A DNA stretch of 64,000 nt from Nemertoderma westbladi (GCA_032718475.1 JAUCBJ010000764.1:1-64000), one strand, 5' to 3'; numbered from the stretch's first letter, positions 51,232 through 64,000 are shown. Notes: a model not told the origin generated them from the letters alone. Numbers and translations: made by a program.

Positions 51232-52640
51232 ATATGTGGCGTGAGGGCGTGACACCTAGAAAAGGGGTTAACTGGTCAAAATCACAATTCGAGAAAAACG
51301 CAGTTAAAGATTTAGAAGTTTAACTGAAGCTAAGCTTGAGTGAAGGTGCCGAATTTGTTGCCCCTCTTAGACTAAAATTGTATCCTCTTTCAGAATCCGA
51401 AAATACAATTTCGCTAACACCAGCGGTTTTCGAGTTATAAGGATATCCTGTCACCCATGTTGGTACTTTTGGACTGGAAAATACCAACTTTTAGGATCAC
51501 CTTCGTTCAGTGACCTTATAGAAGCTGATTTTTGGATTTTTAGAGTGCTGATATCATTATTAACACTTCCCAATGAATTTCCATCATGAAATATATAATT
51601 TTTATGAAAATTTTTATATATTTTTTTTGGTCCCCAAAAGGGGACCAAATGTGCAGGTAGCTCGAAATTTTCGCCATTTTCAAAGTCGATATATTAGCCA
51701 TATCTTCGACCCTACTAAGGTTTTCGCATGCGCTGATTCCATTGGTAACATTCATAATTTGGTTAGATTGTCCAAATGGGCGCAAAAATGAAAAGACCCA
51801 CTTACTTGCACTTTTCAAAAATCGAAGGTTCAAAAATGCAATTTGGATTGTTCCAATCAATTTTATTTTGTTCCCATCGTGATCAGCACCCCAAAAAACC
51901 CCATTGGAGTGAAATTTCAATCGGATAAACGATCTGGCAATGTTGCAATTTTTTGGACTACTTAAAAGTAAAAGTAAAGTAAATTTTCTTCGGCCGCTAG
52001 GCCAGGGATTACGCACAAAGTCTGACGACTTATTTCCAGTGCGGTCCCCCCAGAACTTTACTCCCCAGAGGAAACTCCAGTACTCATTTAGCTACCACTT
52101 AAGGATGCAAGGCAGAGATGCGCCCTGGCTGGTCCCTTTAAAGCATTCGTGCCGAAACGAAAACTGCCCTGGCCCGTGTGAGGATCGAACCCACGACCTA
52201 CGGGAGATGTGAATTCAATGCAACCACTACACCAAGGTGGAACCTACTTGCACTTTTCGTTCCAAAATTTGGCCAAAAACATAAAAATTATCTTGATCAG
52301 ACAAAATTTTTTTAATTTCCAGTGGAATTAGAACCCCAAAACACCCAACTACACATAGAATTGACATCAGAAAATAAATTAAACTACTTCATTTATAGTT
52401 AGTTAGTTAGTTATTTATAATTAGCGTGATTTCACTTTCACCTCTGGAAATGGGGTCTCGGAAATGGATTTTTGATGGACATGAATACTTCAATTTCATT
52501 TTTCGAATACTTAAAATAACGTTCAAGGCAAGTATTATAGCGCATTATAAAGGTAAATAAATTTTCTATTCACTTTTATGAATAACTCAAAATCTTCCAG
52601 ATGACCAGTTAACCCCTTTTCTAGGTGTCACGCCACATAT
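51232..52640. mobile_element. Non-autonomous DNA transposon with ~35-bp TIRs
   Basis: ggcgtgacacctagaaaaggggttaactggtca / tgaccagttaaccccttttctaggtgtcacgcc. Confidence 0.85.
51964..52241 (-). mobile_element. tRNA-derived SINE nested in the DNA transposon
   Basis: Minus-strand A box TGGTGTAGTGG, B box GGTTCGATCC, (TTTAC)n tail; possible ctactt TSD. Confidence 0.8.
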
Positions 52641-52659
52641 TTATTTTAATATATTACTG

Positions 52660-54527
52660 GCAGATGGGAGGGTGAAAAGTTACACCATAATAATTAAACT
52701 TCAGCAACTTGCTTGGGCAGCCACCAAACATCGAGGTCAGCCCTACAAGGAAAATATATGACAATACACTACCAGAAACAGGGGACTTCACACCTGCCGA
52801 ACTCCAAAGAAGCATTAAAAGCATGTCCAATAATAAAGCGAGTAGATTAGATGAAATCCCAGCGGAGGTATGGAAAATAGGAGTGCTAAACAGACCATTA
52901 TTGAATGTTTGCAACCGGATGTTAAAAGGGGAAAAGCCACCACCAATTTGGACTAAAGGTCAACTAAAACCTCTCCCCAGTATACCTCGGTATACCAACA
53001 AACTACCATGGGATCTGTCTGCTTGTGGTAGCTGCCAAAATATACAATAAAATGATTCTATAAGATTAGGCCTCACATAGAGAAACTACTGCGTAAGAGC
53101 CAAAACGGATTTCGACCAAATAGATCAACAACAGCTCAGATACTTGCACTACAGAGACTGATTGAAGAAATTAAGTCAAAGAATCTCCCCACAGTCATGA
53201 CTTTTGTGGACTTCAAGAAGGCATTCGACTCCATCTATAGAGGTAAAATGCTTGAAAACCTAATAGCTTATGGATTTCCAGAAGTAAATTGTTGCTGGCT
53301 TTGGATTGTTATATTGTGACACAGAAGCGCAGGTACTCTCACCAGATGGTGAAACTGAGTTTTTCTCACTCCTGGCTGGCGTACTGCAAGGTGACACTAG
53401 CACCATTACTATTTGTAATTGTGCTGGATTAGGCAATTAGGACGGCCTACTACTAGGATCGGCATGCTGCATTGCAGTTGCATTTTTAAGAATGCTGTGC
53501 TGGCTTATCGACAAAATTGCACCGCCACAACTCCCTATCACCCATGACACCCATCCGCATCTTCAAGGCCAGTGTCCTTTAAGATACGTCTCAAGAAAGT
53601 CATGGGCTGTCCACCATGCTTATTCACTCCATGAGGCTGCCAAAGTACAAGATTATGCACTGGCTGGTCCTCATGGCGAAATCAATGTCCTGAAGCATGA
53701 GGACGGCCATAAAGGGTGAAGATCTGGGATTCACACTTCAAGAACGCAGAAGTAGTAGATATCCGGCAACTACAGTCACAGACACCGACTTTGCAGATGA
53801 CATCGCCCTGCTCTCTAACACGCTAGCAGATGCACAGCTTCTACTAAATAAAGTGGAGAGGGCTGCTATGGAGGTTGGATTGCATATAAATGCTACCAAG
53901 ACCGAATTCATGACCTTTAATGTTGATGGAAACTTGACAACCATTGATAATAATCAACTAAGGAAGGTCAACGACTTCCAATACCTTTGATCATGGATAG
54001 AGAGTAGCAAATAGGACATAGAAGTTAGGAAAGCAAAGGCTTGGGTAGCTCTATCAAAAATGGATACCATCTGGATATCAGATCTCTCCAGGCACCTGAA
54101 GACTAAGTTCTTTCGAGCCACAGTGGAAAGTGTATTTTATACGGGGGTGAGACCTCGACACTGACTAAATCACTTGAACAACGAATTGATGGTTGCTACA
54201 CAAGATTACTAAGGGCAGCCCGAAACATCAGCTGGAGACCACACATGACAAACGCCGAGCTTTATGGTACAATACCACCTGTATCAACCACCCTCCGTGA
54301 AAGCAGATTAAGATTCAGTGGGCACTGCTGGCGAAGTAAAGACGAGGTCATACCATATCTACTTTTCTGGCAACCAACTCATGGAAAGCGTAGTCATGGA
54401 TGACCAGCCATAATATATATAGATCAACTTGAAAGGGATACTGAACTTGGGAGAATCGAAATTGTGACAACTATGGAGAATCGGGAAGCCTGGAAGGATC
54501 TCATTTCCACTGTCCGAGTTTAGTAGT
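52660..54527 (+). mobile_element. RTE-clade LINE, 5'-truncated, degenerate
   Basis: DEIPAEVWK, QNGFRP, FVDFKKAFDSI, GVLQGDT, DTDFADDIALL, RLRFSGHCWR; TAG-repeat tail. Confidence 0.88.
53448..53699 (-). mobile_element. 5'-truncated RTE 3' end nested in the other RTE, 9-bp TSD aggacggcc
   Basis: Matches 60456-60710; TSD at 53439-53447 and 53700-53708. Confidence 0.85.
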
Positions 54528-54800
54528 ATAATAATTTAAAACGGACTAGCTAGATATTGACTGTACATACAACAATGTACAGGCATACACTGCATATACT
54601 GAATAATGTTAAATGATGACGTTACATACAGTTCCTTACTCAATTACAATCCTCGCTTTTCATACTATAATCTTTCAAAGTAGTAGATAATAAGCGTGAA
54701 GTAAATAGATATGGTGATTTTAAAACAGCAGGCAAAGGTGTATGTATTTCTGACCAGTTATCGGAATTCACCAACAATATTCTCAAATTTATATACTCAC

Positions 54801-54923
54801 ATTGTTTGGCTGGAATATTTGTTGTTAATAACGAATTAAGATCCTCCCAATCACCAGTTGCTGTGGGATCATCTCTATCATACCATTGGCTCATAGGTCC
54901 AATGCATTCATCATGGGATGTTT
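54801..54923 (-). CDS. WxxW-repeat gene, exon type A
   Basis: 123 nt, AG/GT; MSQWYDRDDPTATGDWEDL. Confidence 0.85.
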
Positions 54924-55876
54924 CTGTAAATAGTGTTCCAAAACAAAATATATGAAATAGAAATTAATAATTACTTGAACTGTACTTCCACACAATTATT
55001 CAAATATTTCATTCATACATATTATTAAAATTTTATACTTTTATTTTTGAAAAAATGTCTTACAAAAACCGACACTTTAGTTTATATATCACCTGATCTA
55101 AGGCAGATTACTGAATCATGATTCAGTAGTTTATTTAATGGAACAATGCATTTTGAGGCATACGTATACTGAACTGAAATGTTAATTATTCATGATGAGT
55201 AGTGGTTTTGAGCCTCATCTATCATCATGGTATAGATTTGGTATATATTTTTCTTTATAAAAACATAAAGCGTTTACACCAGATGAGGATTAATTTCGCC
55301 TAAGATTGCTGTGCGTTGCATTCCGAGCATATATTTAGTTTCACTGTTATCAGCCTGACACCCCTCCGAAAACATTGGAGCATGGTTGGGACATTATGAA
55401 TGATAGTATGTTCCAGTATGCCACACTCCATATGCCCTGTCAACAGAATTATAAAATATAAATTCAATTGAATTTGACAATTTAGTTATGAAGAAAGTGA
55501 AAACAAAGAAGGTAGTGATACTGCGGAAGACTATGATATAGATTATAGGTTGACCTGAGTCCCAATAATATAATATGAACTCTACATTCAACAGGCCATT
55601 TGTGAATTTATAATCATCATTATCATGAATTTTCCCAACTTTCTTCCATGTAGAGATACAGTTCAATACATGTCTCTCTACATATGGAAAATCGTATACT
55701 TCTGAAGATTTTATCATACAAACTCTAAACTTATAACTTTTTAACTTCTAATTTGACTTTAACCATTTACTGTTTCAACTAACCAAATAATTAATCAAAA
55801 TATATACGTATCTGTAATGTTAAAACAACAGTTCTTGAATCTGTAGGGGAAACAAATATCTACATAACGATTATCT

Positions 55877-56107
55877 ACATACCAGGACAGCAGTATTATA
55901 CTACATACCAGGACAGCAGTATAATACTACAAACCAAGACAGCAGTATCATACTACATACCAGGACAGCAGTATCATATACTACATACCAGGACAGCAGT
56001 ATCATATACTACATACCAGGACAGCAGTATCATACTACATACCAGGACAGCAGTATCGTACAACATACCAGGACAGCAGTATCGTACAACATACCAGGAC
56101 AACAGTA
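55877..56107. repeat. 26-bp minisatellite abutting the exon B donor
   Basis: About 9 units continuous with the exon end. Confidence 0.92.
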
Positions 56108-56280
56108 ACGAATCTCATAATCCTGACACTGATGTCCATCATTCTGATCATCGTTTTTACAAACTAGACCATCAGCTGAATACATAGATAAGTTATCTCC
56201 AGTTGCCCAGGGGTCAATATGAGTTAGTATTGTCCTTCCTTCAGCAGATATTGGTTCCAAACAATTGTGTTGCATAAACC
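56095..56280 (-). CDS. WxxW-repeat gene, exon type B
   Basis: 186 nt, AG/GT; HNCLEPISAEGRT...DGLVCKNDDQ...CQDYEIRYCCP. Confidence 0.88.
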
Positions 56281-56359
56281 CTGTAAGATGGACATTATCC
56301 AGAATAATTATATAGTTAAATTGTCTTGTCTGCAATTAATATAGTTTAAGAGTTTCAAC

Positions 56360-56620
56360 ATATTACTGTGATTAGAATAGTATATATCTGCTTGAGTTGA
56401 ATGGTAGATACAATGATTTGAATAAGTCGATAAGTTTTTGTTATCCTTATTGACATTCAGAAAATTAACACTTTCATTACTGGTTTCTGTAATGAATTTG
56501 ATCCCTGGCACCAAATATTTCAAAATTGTTAATAGTTCCTTTGGTTTTATTATTACATCCTCAGTTACAACGTGCCCATCATCTAGGGAACGTACACCAC
56601 CCAACAGCTTTATATAAACA
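56360..56620 (-). mobile_element. Penelope-like RT fragment
   Basis: VRSLDDG...PGIKFITETSNESVNFLNV resembles PLE RT (RY.DD...IKFT.E....INFLDV). Confidence 0.5.
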
Positions 56621-58051
56621 TACTAAGTTTTAAGTAAGTTTTTTGAAACATTATCTATCATTCAATATAATGAATGGGAGAATCTTCTGGGCTCATTAAG
56701 CCAAAGATCAACCAGTCTACAGGTCAATCCAGGACCTCCTGATTGGAAGCCAGGAAATGTCACCAATAGACAACCTGCAATATATTCGAAGTATGTTATT
56801 ATTGTATATTTTAAGGAGTTCTATCCAATATATTATTGAGATATAATCAAAATGAATATTAAGGTGGATGGATAGATAGCACTACTGGTGAAAGTTAGAT
56901 AGTACCACTAAGAACGAGGTATTTGGGGAGCTGTTGTCATCAAAAATGATTCTCTCACACACTACATTAGTTTGATTGTTTGTCTGAGAACAAAATCCAT
57001 GCTGTTAAGGATTATGTATGTTTATGTCGAGGATTTGGGGGCATTTATGTTTTTGCATTGTGTTTCTAGCAGTGGAAAAATAAATGTTAATTATCTTCTA
57101 TTATTCATTGTCAACAAAATAGTATATAAAACGTACATTTAAAATAGTAAGACAGGTAGGACGGTATTATAGGGAATATGGGTTTTCTTTATGGAGTTAT
57201 TACAGCCCTGGTGACTAACTGAGAAAACAAAACAGGTTCTTTATTATCAATTAATTTCTGCCACTAGGGCCATCTTCAGGATATAATCAAAACAAAACGG
57301 ACAGAAACCACACCGACTACATACAGTTACTTATATTTACATACATGTTACAATAAAAAAGTACAAAAATAGGCCTAGGTAAGTACTGAAGGTAGGACGG
57401 TATATCAGACAGACAGACATCATCAATTAGATGTAATACATGTTACCTTTTATGATACATGGATACAGTAAAAATTTTCAAGGCATATTTAACCAAAATC
57501 AATATTCTGTTTAATCTGTTTAATCTTAAATCTTGTTAAATCCTGTTATCTTAAATCAAATAGTAACTTTGTTCTCTGAAAAAAGAGCTTTCGAATGAGT
57601 CTAAAATGAACTTCGTAGGACCACTAGAACTGGAGATTATACAATTTGAAGATCCCCGATGAGCGATAAGTCTATTCAGTGTAATCCCATATAGTCGCAT
57701 AATGGAGTCCCGTCATTGTTCTGGAGACTTAGAGTTGTCTTATAAACTGACCAGTAGGTCCTATAATTATAAAAAAAATACCTTCTCAATTAAAATTGTA
57801 TGCTCTTTCTCGTGAAGACATCCAATAAGCACCACTGAGCACAGAAATTTGCAGAAATTGAATGCAAACCCCAAACTTCATCTCCTTTACCAATATCGCG
57901 ATATATCGGAGCCAGTATCTTCTTATTATATCATTATATTATTAATATATTGTTGTTTTATACTAACATTGTTCAGCATTATATTATTAATATATATTTA
58001 TATATATTATTATATCATTGTATTATTAATATATTGTTGTTTTATACTAAC

Positions 58052-58180
58052 ATTGTTCAGCTTGGCTGTTGAGGGATATTAGTGAATTCAGATCCTCCCA
58101 ATCACCAGTAGCTGTAGGGTCATCTCTGTCATACCATTGGCTCATAGGCCCTTCACATTCTTGAGGATGTATGATGAAAT
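58052..58180 (-). CDS. WxxW-repeat (Mucin2/CILP-type) gene, exon type A, first in window
   Basis: AG/GT bounded, 129 nt, phase 1; ECEGPMSQWYDRDDPTATGDWEDLNSL. Confidence 0.85.
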
Positions 58181-60455
58181 CTAACAAATGAATTTAAATT
58201 AAATAAATATTAATATATTAAATATTAATATTAAAATATTAATAAACAATAAATATTACAAAATTTCCTTTTATTTTATTTTTATTATAGTTTTTGTTTA
58301 ACTATATTTAACATTTTAGTAATTTTAGTGTTATGACATGAGGGTATTAATGTACCAAGCGAATACATCAAAGGAGGTTTACATAAATAAATGTGGGTAT
58401 TTAAGGTGGAGGTGGAATAATGCCTTTTACCATACAATGATATATATGTAATTTTGTTACATTATGTCAACTTATCCGCATTCAGGAGTGGGTTGCTGGA
58501 TGCACTATTAGTGGAATTTCATGCAATATATGACACATACTAGAATGTTGTTTATTTATTAAATAGCATAAATGACCTTCAGCAAACAATAATGCAAACT
58601 TGCAATCTTTGAACCCTTCCTATATATAACTGAGTTGTTTCTCAACGACATTCAGACATTGTTAGATAAGTAGATTCCTTGTAATGAAAGCTTTCTAATA
58701 TATATATATATAGCCGTCAATGTGGAAATCACCACATCATCTGAGGATGAGTCATGGTGGTTCTACCACACACAAATACCCGTTAGTGGTTAGTAGTAGA
58801 TGTAGTGATGGAGGGTGGGGGGGGTTCTGGGTGGAGGGGGTGGGTTGTGGAGGATGGCTTAGGGGGGTGTATGGCAGCTGTAATTACGGCTGTAATTGCA
58901 TCCTCGGGCGAATGTGTGAGTCACCTGGGCCATGGCACTCGCTTAATAGCACTCGATCCATGTAAAACAAAACCCTATACCCTTGTGTAGTCAGATATGC
59001 ACACTCTCTTGTCAGCGCATACCAAGTGGTCAGTCTCTGCGAGGTCTAATTGATCTTTGAGAGCTTGTGAGTGGGTGTCTTGTCCCATAGCCGCGCGTAT
59101 AGCTGCTTCATGGACTATGTTGACAGGAATCCATCCTGCTATAGGGGGACTAAGAAGTACACCGATTAAAGTTCCTACCCTGCCCAGCCTCGAGCAGGTA
59201 GTCAGCTGTGGTATGACCGCATGTGTTTCGAATGGCCGCCTCAGCTTGTTGGGCCCGAGCACGAAAAGGTGCATTGGCTGATAGGCCAACACTATGTTCC
59301 AAGCTTCTCTCGTATTGGCATGAAAAGCCATGCTCACATCAGCTAATGACTTGAGCTGTCCAGAAGTAACCACGCGCATGATATCCCATATCACGCCTGT
59401 GTTGCCACTATATTCACAGGCGCGGCGCAGCATCTGGCCACGGTCGTTGATAGGTGAAGCCGTTGGAAGCCCAAGGTGAGTATGTTGTACCGCCAAAGTA
59501 GGCCGAGAGGCTGTCTATCAGGTATATCCCAGTATGTCCGTGTTTATCTCCAAAGGACACGAGGCGTATGCGCAAATGCAGGCTGCGCACCGTGTGATTG
59601 ACCTTTGTCGCCTTAAGCCACTTATTTATGGCTAGGCAATTGCCATTATGTGCCCGGTTTCGATCCTCCATTGTAAGGCTGTTGCTCAGGCTGCGCAGCA
59701 ATGCCTGATCTGAAACCTTCACACTGTCCCACCTGCAGTTCATCTTACTTGATGCATGCTGCACCCATACTGTGGTGGAGTTGCGCTTGCTGAAGCTGAT
59801 TAGAATATCAGGTGTGGCCATCACAGATGGGATAGGGTGTATTTGTCGTGTGGTTGGCATGGCGACAGTGGTCAGCATGGCGAAAGTGGTCAGCATGACG
59901 ACAGTGGTCGGCATGGCGACAGTGGTCGGCATGGCGACAGTGGTCGGCACCTATGAATTGATGCCCTGGAGATGTGCTTGAATGTTGTAGCTCTCCTCAT
60001 TCTGTAGCGGACGTAAGATGAGGCTGGCAACCGCACGAGCAAAGTAGCCGTACGTACCATCCTTGTCGTAGAGTATGCGTAGAAACTCCCCCATCTGAAC
60101 ACCATACATTTGCTTGGGGTCTGTGAACAGGAAGCCAACAGAACAGTCTTCCCAGTCTTAGGATTGGTTATCTTCCGCCCACTGCTGCTTCAAGGGGTGA
60201 GCCACTCGTGACACCAACAGACGAAGTCACTGTAGCTCTCATGAGGAGGGGGTCCAGAGAGCACTTCGGTTATAATGTTGGACATTACTCGGCGGAGTCG
60301 GATGTTGAAGGGTGTTGTACCATCAAGTTCAAATAGCGGAATAGTACCTTCGCAGCAGGTTCTTGTGTTCCTGGGCCCAGTCGCTAGTATGAATGGACCT
60401 GCCAGTGGCCATCTCAGTATAAGAGGCATGGGCTATGAATGAGGCTGGTATGTCT

Positions 60456-62840
60456 ACTACTAGGATCGGCATGCTGCATTGCAGATGCATTTTTAAGAAT
60501 GCTGTGCCGGCTTATCGACAAAATTGCACTGCCACAACTCCCTATCACCCATGACATTTGCTAGATCATCCGCATCTTCAAGGCCAGTGTCCTTTAAGAT
60601 GCATCTCAAGAAAGTCATGGGCTGTCATGTCCACCATGATTATTCACTCCATGAGGCTGACAAAGTACAAGATTATGCACTGGCTGGTCCTCACGGCGAA
60701 AGCAATGTCCTGCAAAACGGAGGCGATTTTGTTCAAGTGTCAAGCTTGTGGGAACCAATGAGACACCTCCAATGTTATATAGTGTCTGGTTGGAGATGTG
60801 TGCATTGTACTTGATACAATGAACCCGGTGTAGCATTCTTGTGAATGTGCCATCCAGAGATTTGGTGTCCTCAGCAGTTAGAGCCCAGCATGGACTCCCA
60901 TAGAGGAGTACTGGAACTACTGCTGCTCTAAATAATTGTACCTTAAGTGTCCGATTAATTCTCGGTGACTTCCAAATCCTGGAAAGCCTATACAAGGCTG
61001 CCCATGCCTTTCCCTTACATATTCGAAGGTCCTCACCTGACTTCCGGATCCATGATCCCAGGTAACAAAAGTCATCCACATGCTCAAGCATACAATCTGT
61101 TGAGCTTATGCTCATCCGATCAGAGACTTGCTGAGGACTTTCAAAGTTAACTGTCAAAATTGTGGTTTTTCTGGAGTTAATAAAAAGACCCATACTAGAA
61201 GCCGCCTGTTCTAATGAGCTGAGGAGCCGTTGGGCTCCCTCTAGTGATTCTGAGAGTACTCCTAAGTCATCAGCAAAGTCTAGATCAGTTAGGTACTTGG
61301 CAGGATTTCCTCGACTTCTGGAGCCAGTAAGTGGAGTTATCATCACCCCATCATCATTATGATGATCTAAGGACATGCGTAGAACATAGTCAACAACAAT
61401 TATGAACAAGAATGGTGCAAGTGTGTCTCCCTGGAGGACGCCCCATAGCACTTCAAATGGTTCTGTGTCACCATCAACAGTAGACCAGTTGCCTGCTGTC
61501 GTCAGCATCATTGATGACATCAACCTGTTGGTTTATTAGCTCCTGTAAATTAACAGAGTACTGCCTGTTCAGAGACCTAGATGCAGCCTTAACTGCATTC
61601 TTGGCCGCTGTAGTCTGTTTGAGTCGGGACTCTTTCTGCGCCTTGTAGATGTCATTTCGGCACTTCTGAATTTTGTTGTCAGTCCAGGGGGCCCGTTTCC
61701 TGTTTCAAGGGTATACAGGAACTGTTTCTGCAGCTGCTAACTTATCTGCCTCTATGAAGGCAGTATAGCCCTCACAGTGATCTGCCGCCTCAGAGGCAAG
61801 AACCTCATACCTGTTGCTCAGCTGTAGTGTGAAGCTGGATCTCACACTTGGCTGTTGCAACAGAGAGGACCAGTCATGCCCCGGCAAGGCAGATTTCGTT
61901 GTTCTGCTAGCACGCAGACTAAGTCTTACCTTGGCCACAATAAGGTGGTGATCACTGGAGAAGGGTCGTAGTGTAAATGTATAGAGCTCCTGTATTTCCT
62001 ACGAAACAGGATATGGTCTATCTGGGACTTGTGACCTCCTGAAGATGGACGGAATTTCGGTTAACACTATTGCTATAGACCCAGGGCTATGTAGGTGATT
62101 GATGCAGACTTGCATTAAAGTCTCCCAGGAATGTTAAGAATGCATGCTGATCCACTCCATCAGTAGCTGCTTATAGATTCTGGTAGAAATTTTCCACCTC
62201 CTCTACAGGAGCAACACTAGTTGGAGAGTAGCACACAATCAGAAAACCACCTTAGGAAACTTCTTAGCCAGTCTTCCAGAACATGAGAAGTGGCAACTGA
62301 TGATGCGGTTAGAGATTTGGTCTATTTTGCCCAATGCTGCATGTACAGTTGGATTCCTCAATAGACCAATTCCACCATTGCCACTATCATCTGCTGAAGC
62401 GAGGGTGAGTCGCCAACCGCCCCCCATGTCCTTAATCAGAACCTCATCAGTCTGTCCAGTCTGCATTCGGTGCTCTTGAACACCCACTGCACTAAGAGAA
62501 AGCTTATCTGCTAAGGCAGTCAGCTCACCTTGTCGCATTGTGGACCCGAGTGTTAGGGTGTTTACTGGTGGCTTGCCTCAGATTCACCAATGGCTTTGTT
62601 GGTCGGGGTGGAACATGAGAGTAGCCTCCAACTCCAGAATCCCTCTCCCCCTCACAATCTGGCCTCCCTGGTGACCCAGGGTTTGGGCCAGAAATGTCAT
62701 CAGGAAAGGGACTCAAAGAATTGTTTGCCGCTCTCTCTCCAGTAGGGGGTGAGACAGGCAGCCGGTCAGGAGATAACTGACGGCTGTGAGGCCGATTGTG
62801 TCCAGTCATTCCACTGGTCTATAGTGGCTGGACCTCCGCA
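60456..62840 (-). mobile_element. RTE-clade LINE, near full length with an internal deletion
   Basis: EN (VGVQEHR, GGIGLL, DHHLIVA), RT (GVLQGDTLAPFLF, DLDFADD, YLGS, RLRFAGHC), (TAG)n tail. Confidence 0.9.
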
Positions 62841-62866
62841 TTACTAATGTAATCCATAGTGGGGAG

Positions 62867-63070
62867 TGGATATTCAAAAACTACTGTGGAACAAAAACAG
62901 TTCAATATGTTCTGTACTATATTAAATTGGATATTCAAAATCTACTGTGGAACAAAAACAGTTCAATATGTTCCATACTATATTAAAGTGGATATTCAAA
63001 AACTACTGTGGAACAAAAACAGTTCAATATGATCCATACTATCTTAATGCAGATATTCAATAACTACAGC
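62867..63070. repeat. 61-bp tandem repeat, ~3.3 copies
   Basis: ggatattcaaaaactactgtggaacaaaaacagttcaatatg... with period 61. Confidence 0.88.
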
Positions 63071-64000
63071 GAACTAAAATCCGTGCACAAGTTCAAAATT
63101 GAAAGAAACATTCATTACTGTGCATGAGAATAGGTTTAAATCTTCATAATCCTAATCCTATTTTAGAGTTCTTTTCATAAACATAATACATCGCCTGATT
63201 TCTGGTGAAGTTTTAGTTACAAAATTCACTCGCAATTCTTTAAAAACTTGTTTTGTGATTCTTTGCCCATCCAATTGCAAATATTACTTTCTAACATGTT
63301 ATTCTCTTAGTCGCATTCATCACCTTCGTATTCTTGGTTACAACAGCTAAATTGCATGTCTAATGGAGGTGGTACCAACTTTATGTATAGATTTTGGGTA
63401 AACATGTTTCTACAATCTTTGCATCTGTTGAGTGATGATTGAGTACTTTTCTCCAGCCTTTGTTAGGAAAACGAATGGACCCTCCCTTTTATAGGAATAG
63501 AGCTCATATCAATTAATATCTTATATATATATATATATATTAATATCGACATAATTAATATCTGCGACATTGCAGCATTCAGTATTAATCCTGTAATATA
63601 TTTTACTGCTACTGCTATTAAATAAGTACTGGTACTAAAGTGCTGGTAATCAGACAATAGACTGATTGAATAAACTTATTAGGAAACATGCCGGAGATGG
63701 TTAAGGTACCACCATACTGGTATTAATTAATGAATTGTGGATGATTATTTTGATGAGTGTACTGTACTCTGACAATCCTGTAAAATTTACAGGACCTTTG
63801 AAAAGTGTTAGGCCTTTTGCTGTAAAAAAAATTTCATCGAGGGCACAATCTCGATATCATTCACTACCTATGCACACCATCTACACCTGTACCCCAGTAG
63901 CACGCGTCCTAATCACTGAAACATGGTAACTGAAACAGAAGGTCGTGCTACGGGCCTTCGGGGGCTTCGAACAATTAAAATAGGCAAGCTATTTACTCTT

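Overview
AT-rich, repeat-dense animal (invertebrate-like) genomic DNA, not prokaryotic. (1) 1..~13636: the 3' part of a BEL/Pao LTR retrotransposon (+). It has gag-pol with one in-frame stop, an intact extra ~1235-aa ORF in the env position encoding a DEDDy/WRN-like 3'-5' exonuclease fold plus three CCHC zinc knuckles, and a probable ~2.5-kb 3' LTR. (2) 14679..22487: a tRNA-SINE split by an L2/Crack-like LINE whose 5' half is inverted (twin-priming-like). The LINE is itself interrupted by a 2.35-kb insert, flanked by a 6-bp duplication, that carries a galactose-3-O-sulfotransferase-like gene. (3) 22534..58180: 15 exons of a minus-strand host gene built of tandem WxxW (Mucin2/CILP-type) domains, each encoded by a phase-1 exon pair. 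Its introns hold CR1, RTE, CRE-like, Penelope-like, Harbinger, MITE and SINE insertions, and large 26-bp minisatellite arrays that are amplified copies of the gene's own exon end plus 5' splice donor. (4) 58.7..63 kb: an unknown decayed ORF region, an RTE element and a 61-bp tandem repeat. All family assignments come from motif recognition by eye; no searches were run.
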